DNA from: a virus
Lineage: Duplodnaviria > Heunggongvirae > Uroviricota > Caudoviricetes
Strand: one strand, 5' to 3'
DNA: 64,000 bases
Virus record (IMG/VR): IMGVR_UViG_2923159863_000006
Shown: in pieces, positions 49,209 through 58,118 of the stretch
Layout of the letters: the number at the start of each line of letters is the position of its first letter
How positions within the stretch are numbered: the stretch's first letter is position 1
Program-made: the position numbers and the translations under genes
Notes under the pieces: generated by a model
What the model saw: only the letters and a program-made list of their open reading frames with translations
What the model was told of the DNA's origin: nothing
Databases searched by the model: none

Positions 49209-50018
49209 ATGATAACAAATATTGTTCAGCTTGACAAGTCCAGGGGGTTCACCCGGATGGACAATGAATTGTACGAGGCCCTTATTGGGGCTGATCTTTC
49301 CGGGCGCGAGCTTAGGGTAGCTCTGGCGGTTCATCGCCTCACTGCTGGGTTCAACCAAGATGAGTCTCGCATCACAGCTTCGGTGATCGCTGAAATGTCA
49401 GGAATTCGTCGTGAGCATGTATCTCGGATGCTGTGTGAGCTTCTGCGTCAGCGGGTTATTTACCGGGTTGGTGGGTCTAAAGGCCCAATCGGTTTTTCTC
49501 CGGTTTCTGAGTGGAAGATTGATGAAAAGATGTGTGCCGAAAACGGCACAAAGGATTTGGCACAGAGTGCCGAAAACGGCACAAAAGTAGTGCCAATTTC
49601 GGCACACTATAAAGACAGTAAAGACAATACAACTCCTAACGGAGTTGTTACGCCCGCGAAGCCTGTCGAAGAAAAACCTGCGAAGGCTAAATCGTTTGGT
49701 CTGGCCGATCTCCTGGCTGACAACCCGCATAGCATCCCCGAACAACTCCTGGCTGACTGGATCACCACCCGCAAGGCAAAGCGAGCAGCGCTGACCCCGA
49801 CCGCCTGGAAGCGACTGAATAACTCTCTGGCCAAGTGCAAGGCTGCTGGGTTCACCGCTGAATACGCTGTGGAAACCATGGTTTCGAAGGGCTGGCAGAC
49901 CGTTGAGGTCGACTGGCTGAAGAACTCAACTCGGAGTTTTTCAGGGCCTCAATCGGTCCCTGCGTACGACGCCAATGACACCTCGTGGGCCATTGGCCTG
50001 GAACAGGACCTGTTCTGA
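49209..50018 (+). CDS. Replication initiation protein (lambda O-like N-terminal domain)
   Basis: FTRMDNELYEALIGADLSGRELRVALAVHRLTAGFNQ matches the O N-terminal family. Iterons lie inside the gene. Confidence 0.65.
   Translation: MITNIVQLDKSRGFTRMDNELYEALIGADLSGRELRVALAVHRLTAGFNQDESRITASVIAEMSGIRREHVSRMLCELLRQRVIYRVGGSKGPIGFSPVSEWKIDEKMCAENGTKDLAQSAENGTKVVPISAHYKDSKDNTTPNGVVTPAKPVEEKPAKAKSFGLADLLADNPHSIPEQLLADWITTRKAKRAALTPTAWKRLNNSLAKCKAAGFTAEYAVETMVSKGWQTVEVDWLKNSTRSFSGPQSVPAYDANDTSWAIGLEQDLF
49532..49612 (+). repeat. Three iterons (TGCCGAAAACGGCACA-type inverted repeats), candidate ori
   Basis: gtgtgccgaaaacggcacaaagg, gagtgccgaaaacggcacaaaag, tagtgccaatttcggcacactat. Confidence 0.5.
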
Positions 50019-50668
50019 TGAAACGCGCCGGCAGCTTGATCCCGCAAGCGATGTCGACCGCGCCGAGTCAGGTGCAGGCTCCGCGTGAGCTTGACGATGC
50101 AACCGTAAGCGTCGTGAACCAGTTGTTCTCTGAGCTTCAATCGATTTTCCCGGCCTGGCGTCAGGCATGGCCGACAACTGAGGCTATCGCCAAGGCCAAG
50201 CGTACGTGGATCAAGGCGTTCATGGACGCGGGCCTGAACAGTCTGGAACAGATCCGCTATGGCATTCAGCAATGCCGGGCCTCTGGCGGCGACTTCGCGC
50301 CCAGCGTCGGCAAGTTCATCAAGTGGTGCAACCCGAGCCCTGAACATCTGGGGCTGCCCAGCGTAGAGAAGGCCTATCTGGAGGCTGCCCGGAAGGCACA
50401 CCCAGCTTTCACTGGAGGCTGGAGTCATCAAGCGGTGTATCACGCGGCAACGATGACCGGCTTCTACGAACTGACGAACCTCTCCGAGGAGCGCAGCAGG
50501 AAGCTGTTCGAGCGCAACTACGAAGCGACTGTTCGGATGATTGTCTCCGGTCAGCCATTGCGCCAGATCCCGAAAGCTCTACCCGAATCCGTATCGATCA
50601 GAACGCCAGAGATCGGAAAAGCCGCGCTCAACGAACTGCGTGCAACTCTGGCAAGGAGTCACCAATGA
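50018..50668 (+). CDS. Putative replication protein (P-like / helicase loader position)
   Basis: Position downstream of O. No firm motif. Confidence 0.35.
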   Translation: MKRAGSLIPQAMSTAPSQVQAPRELDDATVSVVNQLFSELQSIFPAWRQAWPTTEAIAKAKRTWIKAFMDAGLNSLEQIRYGIQQCRASGGDFAPSVGKFIKWCNPSPEHLGLPSVEKAYLEAARKAHPAFTGGWSHQAVYHAATMTGFYELTNLSEERSRKLFERNYEATVRMIVSGQPLRQIPKALPESVSIRTPEIGKAALNELRATLARSHQ

Positions 50669-50813
50669 CCCAAGCAAACAATGGAAAGATCACCACTGAA
50701 GGCCTGCAACTCCCGAGCGCTTGCGACATCTGCGGAAAGTCCCGGGCCCATGGAAGCCACGTGAAGTGCAGCAAGATCCGTCAGGCGCAGTACCAGGCCA
50801 AGAGGGCTGCGAA

Positions 50814-51029
50814 ATGAAGACCTTCGAACTCCTGCGCATGGAAGGCCTGCGCACCTACGGTCGTCAGGTCGAAGCCAATACCTGGCGCGAAGCGGAGCAG
50901 CAATGCCGCGAAGGCGAGATCGTAAACGGCGAACTGATCGGTGTGTACGACTGCGATCCGGTGACTGAGGCGGTCTGCACTGCGCGCAATGACGTGATGA
51001 TTGAGAGCTTGGAGGTGTGCTGTGGCTGA
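50814..51029 (+). CDS. Hypothetical
   Basis: ORF. Confidence 0.3.
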   Translation: MKTFELLRMEGLRTYGRQVEANTWREAEQQCREGEIVNGELIGVYDCDPVTEAVCTARNDVMIESLEVCCG

Positions 51030-51438
51030 CCGCACTTTCCGCATCCAAGGCGCTGCCGGCATCCGCCCAGCTTTCGTCGCTGCCTGGAACCTCATCCAGG
51101 GTCTGATGAAAGAAGCACAGGGTGGCTACGAGCTGGTTCTACGCCCTCTCAAGTCGAAGCGCTCGATCGAACAGAACAAGCGGTACTGGTCCCTTCTGCG
51201 TGAACTGGCTGCCGTGGCATGGATCGACAACCGCCAATTCGACGATCAGGTCTGGCATGAGCAGTTCAAGCGCTGGTTCATCGGCTGCGAGGACGTGAAG
51301 TTGCCGGACGGCTCGACCGAGTTGCGCGGCATCAGCACCACGAAGCTGACCGTCGACGAGTTTGGAATCTACATGACCAAGATCGAAGCGTGGGCCGCCG
51401 AGCAAGGGTGGCCTCTGATGATGCAGGAGGCCGCATGA
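51001..51438 (+). CDS. ninB: NinB-like recombination protein
   Basis: ELVLRPLKSKRSIEQNKRYWSLLRELA matches the NinB family. Confidence 0.6.
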   Translation: MRAWRCAVADRTFRIQGAAGIRPAFVAAWNLIQGLMKEAQGGYELVLRPLKSKRSIEQNKRYWSLLRELAAVAWIDNRQFDDQVWHEQFKRWFIGCEDVKLPDGSTELRGISTTKLTVDEFGIYMTKIEAWAAEQGWPLMMQEAA

Positions 51439-51698
51439 GCAAGTTCAAGGCGGGCGATCTCGCTCTTAATCTGCAAGACATCCCCAACTGCATCAGTGCG
51501 GGAGTGGTAGTCGAGTTGATGTCTCGACTTGCCCCCGGTGATCTATTTGTCGACGACGGCCAGACCTTTCAGGTGAATCGGCCAGCTTGGTGGGTGCTCC
51601 ATGAAGGAGACCGGCTCTACATACCTGAACGGTATCTCATGCCCCTACGCGGCGACTTCCAGCCCGAGCAGCAGAAGGCGAAGGAGGTGGAGGTATGA
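51435..51698 (+). CDS. Hypothetical
   Basis: ORF. Confidence 0.3.
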   Translation: MSKFKAGDLALNLQDIPNCISAGVVVELMSRLAPGDLFVDDGQTFQVNRPAWWVLHEGDRLYIPERYLMPLRGDFQPEQQKAKEVEV

Positions 51699-52009
51699 AG
51701 GGCCGCACTCCCACTCGCTACGAGAAGCACATCCACGACCGCATGGCCTCCGAGATCGGCTGCATCGCCTGCCGCAAGGATGGCATCCGCAACATGCACG
51801 TCAGCATCCACCACATCGACGGGCGCACGAAGCCAGGCGCGCACCTGAAGGTGCTTCCACTCTGCGCCGGACACCACCAGGACGGCACCGGAGCGCCCGG
51901 ACTAATCGCAGTACACCCATGGAAAAGACGATTCGAAGAGAAGTACGGGAGCCAGCTCGAACTGCTGGAAGAGTGCATGGAAATCCTGGCCGAGAGGGAC
52001 TGCGCATGA
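51695..52009 (+). CDS. Zn-binding HNH-like small protein
   Basis: CIACRKDG...HHIDG...CAGHH. Confidence 0.3.
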   Translation: MKGRTPTRYEKHIHDRMASEIGCIACRKDGIRNMHVSIHHIDGRTKPGAHLKVLPLCAGHHQDGTGAPGLIAVHPWKRRFEEKYGSQLELLEECMEILAERDCA

Positions 52010-52082
52010 TCCTAGAACAGTACGTGAAGCAGCAGACCGCCCAGCTAGCGCGCATGGGCCTCATCGATGCGAAGGAGGGGGT

Positions 52083-52277
52083 ATGAGCAATATCGCAATG
52101 CTCTCTGCTGGAGGCGTCGTTTCTCGCCAGCAGAAGGAGGCACTCTTCGAGATGGATCGGAAGATCGCCGAAGCCATCGACGAAGCGAAGAAAGCTGGAG
52201 TTCCGCAAGGCTTCATCGTCTCGACACTAGCTGGCCATGCCCATGTGCAGACGCACAGGATGGTGACAAATGCGTGA
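52083..52277 (+). CDS. Hypothetical
   Basis: ORF. Confidence 0.3.
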   Translation: MSNIAMLSAGGVVSRQQKEALFEMDRKIAEAIDEAKKAGVPQGFIVSTLAGHAHVQTHRMVTNA

Positions 52278-52542
52278 GTACAACATTCGTATACCCAGGG
52301 GTTGTTCCTGCAACGCTGTCGAATTCGGCGACTACAGCAATCAAGTTGAGCTTCCCACGCCAAGACACATGCTGGAACTCGGTGCAGTTGGATGCCTTCA
52401 GTTCCGAGAAACGACCTGCATTGATCGGTGTATTGCTCCCGCTGTTAAGGCTCTTTGGGAGATTGGGGTCGTCACTACTGGCTGTTGTTGCGGGCACAAC
52501 AGGTCAGACGGATTCATTGGGGTGTTGGAGGAAGATCAATGA
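52270..52542 (+). CDS. Cys-rich hypothetical (90 aa)
   Basis: CxC...C...CCCGH. Confidence 0.3.
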   Translation: MREYNIRIPRGCSCNAVEFGDYSNQVELPTPRHMLELGAVGCLQFRETTCIDRCIAPAVKALWEIGVVTTGCCCGHNRSDGFIGVLEEDQ

Positions 52543-52772
52543 GCAACATCCGCAACGTCCAGTGGAACGAAGGGGCGCCGGAGAAGCTTCAAGCCGGGAT
52601 GCTGATCGAGATTATCGGAAAGCCGATCTTCTTGGTTGGCGGGCCAATTGATAACCCGGCTTTCACTCACTCGTTCAAGAAGATCAAGCGCTGGGCCTGG
52701 CTTATCCAGCCCCACGAACTCGCCTGGCTCGAAGACATGGCAAACAAGCACAAAGCGAGGGCGCGGGGATGA
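52539..52772 (+). CDS. Hypothetical
   Basis: ORF. Confidence 0.3.
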   Translation: MSNIRNVQWNEGAPEKLQAGMLIEIIGKPIFLVGGPIDNPAFTHSFKKIKRWAWLIQPHELAWLEDMANKHKARARG

Positions 52773-52969
52773 GCGAAGTCGTGCAATTCAAACGCAAGGC
52801 GGACGCAGTGATTGAAGCCGCCGAGGAATTCGAGGGTAACGTCCTTGCCTGCGTTGTAGATGCGCAGGAGAAGGGCGTTCCTGCCTGGATGATGCTCGGC
52901 AAGATGATGGAGGTCATCGCCGATCTACAGCATGGCGGCGTGGTCTTGGAGCCGGAGGACGGGGCATGA
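52769..52969 (+). CDS. Hypothetical
   Basis: ORF. Confidence 0.3.
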   Translation: MSEVVQFKRKADAVIEAAEEFEGNVLACVVDAQEKGVPAWMMLGKMMEVIADLQHGGVVLEPEDGA

Positions 52970-53430
52970 TCATAGGAATTGACCCTGGCTGTACAGGCGC
53001 CGTTGTTGTTCTGCGGGACGATTTCTCGTATGTGGCATCACTCGCCATGCCAACCACTAAGGTAGGCACGAAGAGCCGCGTGAACGGCGCCGCTATCGCC
53101 GCCTTCTTGCTTGATGAGGTCAGTAGCAAGCCGGCCCATGCATATCTGGAGAAAGTTGGTGCGATGCCGGGGCAGGGTGTCTCATCAATGTTCACCTTTG
53201 GCCATGCCGCAGGTGTGGTTGAGGGGATTCTCCAGGGACTTGGCATTCCCTATACCCTCGTAACGCCTCAGGCATGGAAGAAGCGCGCCGGCCTAATTGG
53301 AAGCGACAAGGATGCTGCGCGCAGTCGCGCTATCCAGCTGTATCCAACACTTCGAGAGTTAGACACTAAGTGCCGTGGTCAAGCGATTGCGGACGCCATT
53401 CTCATCGCCAGGCATGGAGAAAGCGCATGA
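52966..53430 (+). CDS. RuvC-like Holliday junction resolvase
   Basis: MIIGIDPGCTGAVVVL N-terminal RNase-H-fold motif. Confidence 0.65.
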   Translation: MIIGIDPGCTGAVVVLRDDFSYVASLAMPTTKVGTKSRVNGAAIAAFLLDEVSSKPAHAYLEKVGAMPGQGVSSMFTFGHAAGVVEGILQGLGIPYTLVTPQAWKKRAGLIGSDKDAARSRAIQLYPTLRELDTKCRGQAIADAILIARHGESA

Positions 53431-53717
53431 CTGAAGTGACTGTAAATACATCCATCGATCAGACCCTTAGCGAGCGCGGTAGCCGATATGGATCATTCAT
53501 GGACCACGCGCGTATTGCGCAAAGGCTCCAGGATGTCATGCGGGAAGAAAAGGGATGGTACGCACTCCAGCATGACCAGCGCCAAGCGCTTACGGTGATA
53601 GCAGACAAGATCGCACGGATGCTCAATGGGAAGCCTGACTACCGCGATAACTGGCACGACATTGTTGGCTACGCGAAGTTGGTAGACGACAGAATGGCAG
53701 CGCAGGAGAACGTCTGA
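53427..53717 (+). CDS. Hypothetical
   Basis: ORF. Confidence 0.3.
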   Translation: MTEVTVNTSIDQTLSERGSRYGSFMDHARIAQRLQDVMREEKGWYALQHDQRQALTVIADKIARMLNGKPDYRDNWHDIVGYAKLVDDRMAAQENV

Positions 53718-54850
53718 TGTCCACTCGCAGTTTCAGTGATGATGATCTCATCGAAGCCCTGAAGAGCATGACGAACTCCCAGGCGGCGAAGCACTTCGAC
53801 GTCAGCAAGCGGCAGATTGAGCGTCGGCGAGCGGCCCTGGTGCGCAAAGGCTGGAGTCCTGCTCATGACCTGCACCATGCCGTTCCGGACGGGTACATGC
53901 TGAAGGGCGCGTCGACGCTCTACAAGGAAGGTAAGCCCGTTCTCCAGTGGGTTAAGTCGACTATCGACGAGGAACGTCAGCGCGAACTGTTCGAGTCGTC
54001 CTGCAAGGCGGCTGTCAAAGACCTTCCCGTGGTAGTGCCTAAAGAGGCCCGCGGGAAGCATGTCGATCACCTGATGACCGTATACCCAATCGGAGATCCT
54101 CACTTCGGCGAATACATCTGGGGCGACGAATGCGGCAGGGATTGGGATCTGTCGATTGCAGAACGTGTGCACTGCCAGGCCATGGCGGCGCTCGTCGATG
54201 CTGCGCCGAAGACCGAGCGCGCGCTGATCATCAACCTGGGCGATGCCGCGCACTATGACTCGATGATTGCTGTCACTCCACGCTCAGGCCACCACCTGGA
54301 CGCCGACAGCCGCTATGCCAAGATGGTCGACGTGCTGATCCTGGCAATGCGTCAGGTCGTCGAATCAGCGCTCAAGAAGCACCGCTATGTCCACGTCGTC
54401 CACGTCATCGGCAATCACGACGAAACGGGTGCGGTCTGGCTCAGCCGGCTGTTTGCCCATCTCTACAGCAAAGAGCCCCGCGTGACGGTGGAAACCTCGC
54501 CGAGCGTGTTCAGCTACTACCGCTGGGGCAAGACCCTGATCGGCATGCACCACGGCCACACGGCCAAGGCTCATGTCCTGCCCGGCGTAATGGCCACCGA
54601 CCGCGCCAAGGACTGGGGCGAAACAACGCACCGCTACTGGTACACCGGCCATATCCACCACGAAAGCAAAAAAGAATTCCCGGGCTGCGTAGTCGAGTCG
54701 TTCAACACCCTGGCTCCGGCAGACAGCTACGCACACAGCGGCGGCTATCGCGCTCGGCAGAACATGAAATGCGTGGTTCTACACAAAGAGCACGGCGAAG
54801 TCGCACGGCACACGGTTAGTCCTGACATGTTGGAAGGGGAAGCAGCATGA
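53717..54850 (+). CDS. Calcineurin-like metallophosphoesterase with N-terminal HTH-like segment
   Basis: GDPHFG, GDAAHYD, GNHD and GHIHH motifs. Confidence 0.6.
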   Translation: MSTRSFSDDDLIEALKSMTNSQAAKHFDVSKRQIERRRAALVRKGWSPAHDLHHAVPDGYMLKGASTLYKEGKPVLQWVKSTIDEERQRELFESSCKAAVKDLPVVVPKEARGKHVDHLMTVYPIGDPHFGEYIWGDECGRDWDLSIAERVHCQAMAALVDAAPKTERALIINLGDAAHYDSMIAVTPRSGHHLDADSRYAKMVDVLILAMRQVVESALKKHRYVHVVHVIGNHDETGAVWLSRLFAHLYSKEPRVTVETSPSVFSYYRWGKTLIGMHHGHTAKAHVLPGVMATDRAKDWGETTHRYWYTGHIHHESKKEFPGCVVESFNTLAPADSYAHSGGYRARQNMKCVVLHKEHGEVARHTVSPDMLEGEAA

Positions 54851-55245
54851 ACAAAAAACGGGGAGCGCTTTGGGATACCGAATACATGCTCGAGCAATGG
54901 GGCTGGTGGCGAATGAGCGGAATGGGGGTTCCTCGCTACGTCTCGCCGAGCTTCGCGCTCATGCGTGACAACGTACAGCAGCACAGCAGCATCAGCTTCA
55001 GCATTACCGACGAACTTGCAATGAGCGTGGATAGCGCTGTTGCCCGTCTAACCGCAAGGGAGAAGCAGCACGGCGTCAATGGGCCATTTATGGGAGACTG
55101 CCTGTGGCTTTACTTCGGCGCAAAATGGACGGCTGTCCGCGTCGGCAAGCACCATGGCATCAGCGAAGCCAAGGCTCGCGAACTGATCAAGGCCGGCGTA
55201 GCATGGGTGGATAGCGCTCTAGAGAGCATGAGGGAGGCGGCATGA
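54847..55245 (+). CDS. Q: Late-gene antiterminator Q-like protein
   Basis: LEQWGWW motif (Phage_antitermQ-like). Sits immediately upstream of the late promoter and terminator. Confidence 0.55.
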   Translation: MNKKRGALWDTEYMLEQWGWWRMSGMGVPRYVSPSFALMRDNVQQHSSISFSITDELAMSVDSAVARLTAREKQHGVNGPFMGDCLWLYFGAKWTAVRVGKHHGISEAKARELIKAGVAWVDSALESMREAA

Positions 55246-55421
55246 AAGTCTCTGAGGTCATCGAGCTATTAAGAAAAGATCTTGAACTAAAAGGAGATAG
55301 AGAATTCTTCTTAGAAGATGCAGATACTGGTTGGCGTTTGAGAGTTAACCAAGAGAATTTTTATAGTTTTGATGAACGCATTGAACTGTCTGTAGGTTAT
55401 TCGTCTGCGTTACGTGATTGA
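55242..55421 (+). CDS. AT-rich (about 35 percent GC) 59-aa ORF, candidate moron
   Basis: MKVSEVIELLRKDLELKGDREFFLEDADTGWRLRVNQENFYSFDERIELSVGYSSALRD. ATGA-coupled to Q. Confidence 0.35.
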   Translation: MKVSEVIELLRKDLELKGDREFFLEDADTGWRLRVNQENFYSFDERIELSVGYSSALRD

Positions 55422-55423
55422 TA

Positions 55424-55453
55424 TTGACAGCCGCGCGGAAGAGTGAAAAGATT
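55424..55453 (+). promoter_or_regulatory. Putative late promoter (PR'-like)
   Basis: TTGACA at 55424-55429, then 18 bp, then AAGATT. Confidence 0.35.
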
Positions 55454-55487
55454 CACATAGTTTGCGGTTTTACCGCATGAGATTCAG

Positions 55488-55513
55488 AGCCCAGCCTAGC
55501 GCTGGGCTTTTTC
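55488..55513 (+). terminator. tR'-like rho-independent terminator (Q antitermination target)
   Basis: gcccagc-ctagc-gctgggc hairpin followed by TTTTT, just upstream of the first late gene. Confidence 0.6.
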
Positions 55514-55531
55514 GTTTCTGGAGAGCCCGAA

Positions 55532-55897
55532 ATGACTGATCAAGCTATCGAGCAAGAAATCCAAGCCAAGGGCCTTACCGCACCGCGTATCACGCCTGCC
55601 AGTCTCGAAGCGAACATAGATAGCGAGCATTACTTCACTGCATTGGATGGCGTAGACGGTTACTACCGTGGCGGCTATGAGGCACAAGGTGTGCGTAATG
55701 CCGAAGCACTAAGCCTGCTAACCTTCTGCGTGTTGGTACTCAAAAACGGTTTCACCGTTACCGGCGAAAGCGCCTGCGCCAGTCCGGAGAACTTCGACGC
55801 CGAGATCGGCCACAAGATCGCCCGGCAGAACGCCGTTTCCAAGGTCTGGCCGCTGATGGGCTACGAGTTGCGCAGCAAGTTGAGCTTAGCCTCCTGA
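55532..55897 (+). CDS. Conserved phage protein (possibly Gp49/Sf6 gp66-like family)
   Basis: First late ORF. Confidence 0.4.
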   Translation: MTDQAIEQEIQAKGLTAPRITPASLEANIDSEHYFTALDGVDGYYRGGYEAQGVRNAEALSLLTFCVLVLKNGFTVTGESACASPENFDAEIGHKIARQNAVSKVWPLMGYELRSKLSLAS

Positions 55898-56005
55898 TAT
55901 TGATCCCCATCAGCGCTGCACCCCAGCGGCGCCTTTGCCCGCAGCCCCGCGGGCGTTTTATTCCGCAGTGCCCAAGGCCGGCGAGTCCGCAGGACTCTCA
56001 GAGAC

Positions 56006-56398
56006 ATGAAGATGACAGAACCAGCCAGCACAGCGGCAGGAGGCCTAGTCTTGTACAAGCTAGGTGCTTTCGGTGTTGTGGCCGTCCTGGCTGCCATCGT
56101 TGTTATGTGCATGACAGTGCCGAAGACCATCAAGGAATTCGCCTGTGCATTGATTGTGACGCTGATGTTTTCGATTGGCGGCGGCGGCTGGATCATCAAG
56201 GCCAAAGGTCTGGAAGAGTGGGTTAATGATGAGTTCGGCCTATTTGCTCTACTGGGCCTTGTGTTCGTGTGCGGTCTGCCAGGTTGGGTGATGACCCGTG
56301 GCTTCTTTGCCTATGCCGAATATCGCAAGAGCGGCCGCAGCTTCATGAAGATGGTCAGCGACATCACCAGCGTGATTAAGGCGGTAGTCTGGAAATGA
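56006..56398 (+). CDS. Holin (3 TM)
   Basis: Three hydrophobic helices with a charged C-terminus, directly upstream of the endolysin. Confidence 0.6.
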   Translation: MKMTEPASTAAGGLVLYKLGAFGVVAVLAAIVVMCMTVPKTIKEFACALIVTLMFSIGGGGWIIKAKGLEEWVNDEFGLFALLGLVFVCGLPGWVMTRGFFAYAEYRKSGRSFMKMVSDITSVIKAVVWK

Positions 56399-56829
56399 AC
56401 ATCTCGAAGGCCGGTCTCGATCTCATCAAAGAGTTCGAGGGTCTTCGCCTGAGCGCCTATCAGGACTCAGTTGGCGTTTGGACCATTGGCTACGGCCATA
56501 CGCGCACAGCCAAACAAGGGATGAGCATTACTGGCGACCAGGCTGATGCGCTTCTCATCGCTGATCTAGCCGATGCAGAGGACGACGTTGAACGGTACGT
56601 CCGGCAAGACATGCTGCAGAACGAGTTCGACGCACTGGTCAGCCTCGTCTTCAACATCGGTGGCAGCAATTTCTCCCGTTCCACCATGCTCCGCTTGATC
56701 AATGAGAAGGCCGAGGCTTGGAAGATTGGCGCTGAATTCCTGAAGTGGGTATACGCCAAGGGGCGAAAGCTTCCAGGGTTGGAGCGTCGTCGCCTAGCCG
56801 AGCGGAACCTGTACCTAAAAGGTGCGTGA
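56395..56829 (+). CDS. Endolysin, GH24 lysozyme (muramidase)
   Basis: LIKEFEGLRLSAYQDSVGVWTIGYGHT matches the T4-lysozyme-like family. Confidence 0.85.
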   Translation: MNISKAGLDLIKEFEGLRLSAYQDSVGVWTIGYGHTRTAKQGMSITGDQADALLIADLADAEDDVERYVRQDMLQNEFDALVSLVFNIGGSNFSRSTMLRLINEKAEAWKIGAEFLKWVYAKGRKLPGLERRRLAERNLYLKGA

Positions 56830-57005
56830 TGGAATGGCTCGGCGCGATCCTAATGCTCGCTGTGATCGCACGGAACGCCTACCTCTTTATTGATGAGTGG
56901 TCCACTGGTGGAATCATCTGGCACGTCTTGATGGTCCTGGGCTGGTCGGCTCTGTTCTGGATCCACGTATCAGGCATCGTACTCGGCAAGGTGTTCTGTG
57001 ACTAA
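56829..57005 (+). CDS. Small membrane protein (approx. 58 aa)
   Basis: Hydrophobic ORF between the endolysin and Rz. Confidence 0.3.
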   Translation: MEWLGAILMLAVIARNAYLFIDEWSTGGIIWHVLMVLGWSALFWIHVSGIVLGKVFCD

Positions 57006-57441
57006 GTGGCTGCTCGTTGCAGTGGGTGTGCTGGCTGTCTTTGCAGCAGGTACCGCGGCAGCCTGGCGCATGAGCGTTCTAAGCAACGAGCGCGATGAGT
57101 ACCGCGCCGCCGCTGAGCAAGCCAAAGCACAGGCAAGCGACTATCAACGCCGCGTAGAAGCCGGCAACGCCATCGAGCGCACCTATCTAGAGGCAGTGAA
57201 GAGTGCAAACGCTCAAAACGATCAGCTTCGCGCTGACATCGCTTCTGGTTCTCGCCGGGTGTACGTCAAAGCCAATTGTCCAGTGCAGCATCCCGGAGCC
57301 GCCCCAGGCCCTGATGCAGGAAGAGCCGAGCTTGCTCCCGCTGATGGACAAACTGTTTCAGATCTCCGAGCCGGTATCGAGCGAAAAGAAGCGCTGATCA
57401 AGGCCCTACAGGAATACATCCGTAAAGGACACGAACAATGA
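56998..57441 (+). CDS. Rz-like i-spanin
   Basis: N-terminal TM, then coiled-coil. Contains the embedded Rz1. Confidence 0.6.
   Translation: MTKWLLVAVGVLAVFAAGTAAAWRMSVLSNERDEYRAAAEQAKAQASDYQRRVEAGNAIERTYLEAVKSANAQNDQLRADIASGSRRVYVKANCPVQHPGAAPGPDAGRAELAPADGQTVSDLRAGIERKEALIKALQEYIRKGHEQ
57203..57397 (+). CDS. Rz1-like o-spanin lipoprotein, embedded in the +1 frame of Rz
   Basis: LVLAGC lipobox. Pro-rich mature region. Confidence 0.55.
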   Translation: MQTLKTISFALTSLLVLAGCTSKPIVQCSIPEPPQALMQEEPSLLPLMDKLFQISEPVSSEKKR

Positions 57442-57668
57442 GCAAGTACGAAGTAAAGACTTCCGATGGCATCGTCCACCAAGCGGAAGCTGCCACCCAC
57501 TTCATCGATGCTAACGGCCTGCATCTGCACTCTGATGCCGGGCGAGTGGTTGGCGTGTTTCGTGAATTCCTGTGGATGCGCATCACTCCTGCGGTTGTGA
57601 ACGCTCCGGTTGATCCGGTACAGCCCGCCCCCGAAACCACCACCAGCCCGGAAGCTACCGGGGAGTAA
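57438..57668 (+). CDS. Hypothetical
   Basis: ORF. Confidence 0.3.
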   Translation: MSKYEVKTSDGIVHQAEAATHFIDANGLHLHSDAGRVVGVFREFLWMRITPAVVNAPVDPVQPAPETTTSPEATGE

Positions 57669-57671
57669 GTC

Positions 57672-58118
57672 ATGAGCATTGGTCGTCCTACCAAGTACAA
57701 GCCCGAGTACGTCAAGACAGCTCGGGCATTGGCAAAGCTTGGCGCGACTAATGCCGAGATGGCGGAAGCGTTCGGGGTCTCCCTCTCTACGTTCAATCTG
57801 TGGAAGGTGCAGCACGAAGCCTTTTCGGATGCCATAAAAATTGGCAAGGACGTTGCTGACGCTCGAGTGGTGGATGCGCTGTACCACCGAGCAATGGGGT
57901 TCAGCCATGTCGACACGGATATCCGCGTTGTGGATGGCGCAATCGTTGAGACGCCCATCGTCAAGCACTATGCCCCCGACACTACCGCTGCAATCTTCTG
58001 GCTGAAGAACCGGCGCCCTGATGAGTGGCGCGACAAGCAAGAGCTTGAGCACAGCGGCAACATTGCGCTGACTGATCGAATCTTGGCGGCCCGTAAGCGT
58101 GCAAACACAGAGGATTGA
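57672..58118 (+). CDS. terS: Terminase small subunit
   Basis: GRPTKYKPEYVKTARALAKLGATNAEMAEAFGVSLSTF (HTH) matches the terS family. Confidence 0.6.
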   Translation: MSIGRPTKYKPEYVKTARALAKLGATNAEMAEAFGVSLSTFNLWKVQHEAFSDAIKIGKDVADARVVDALYHRAMGFSHVDTDIRVVDGAIVETPIVKHYAPDTTAAIFWLKNRRPDEWRDKQELEHSGNIALTDRILAARKRANTED

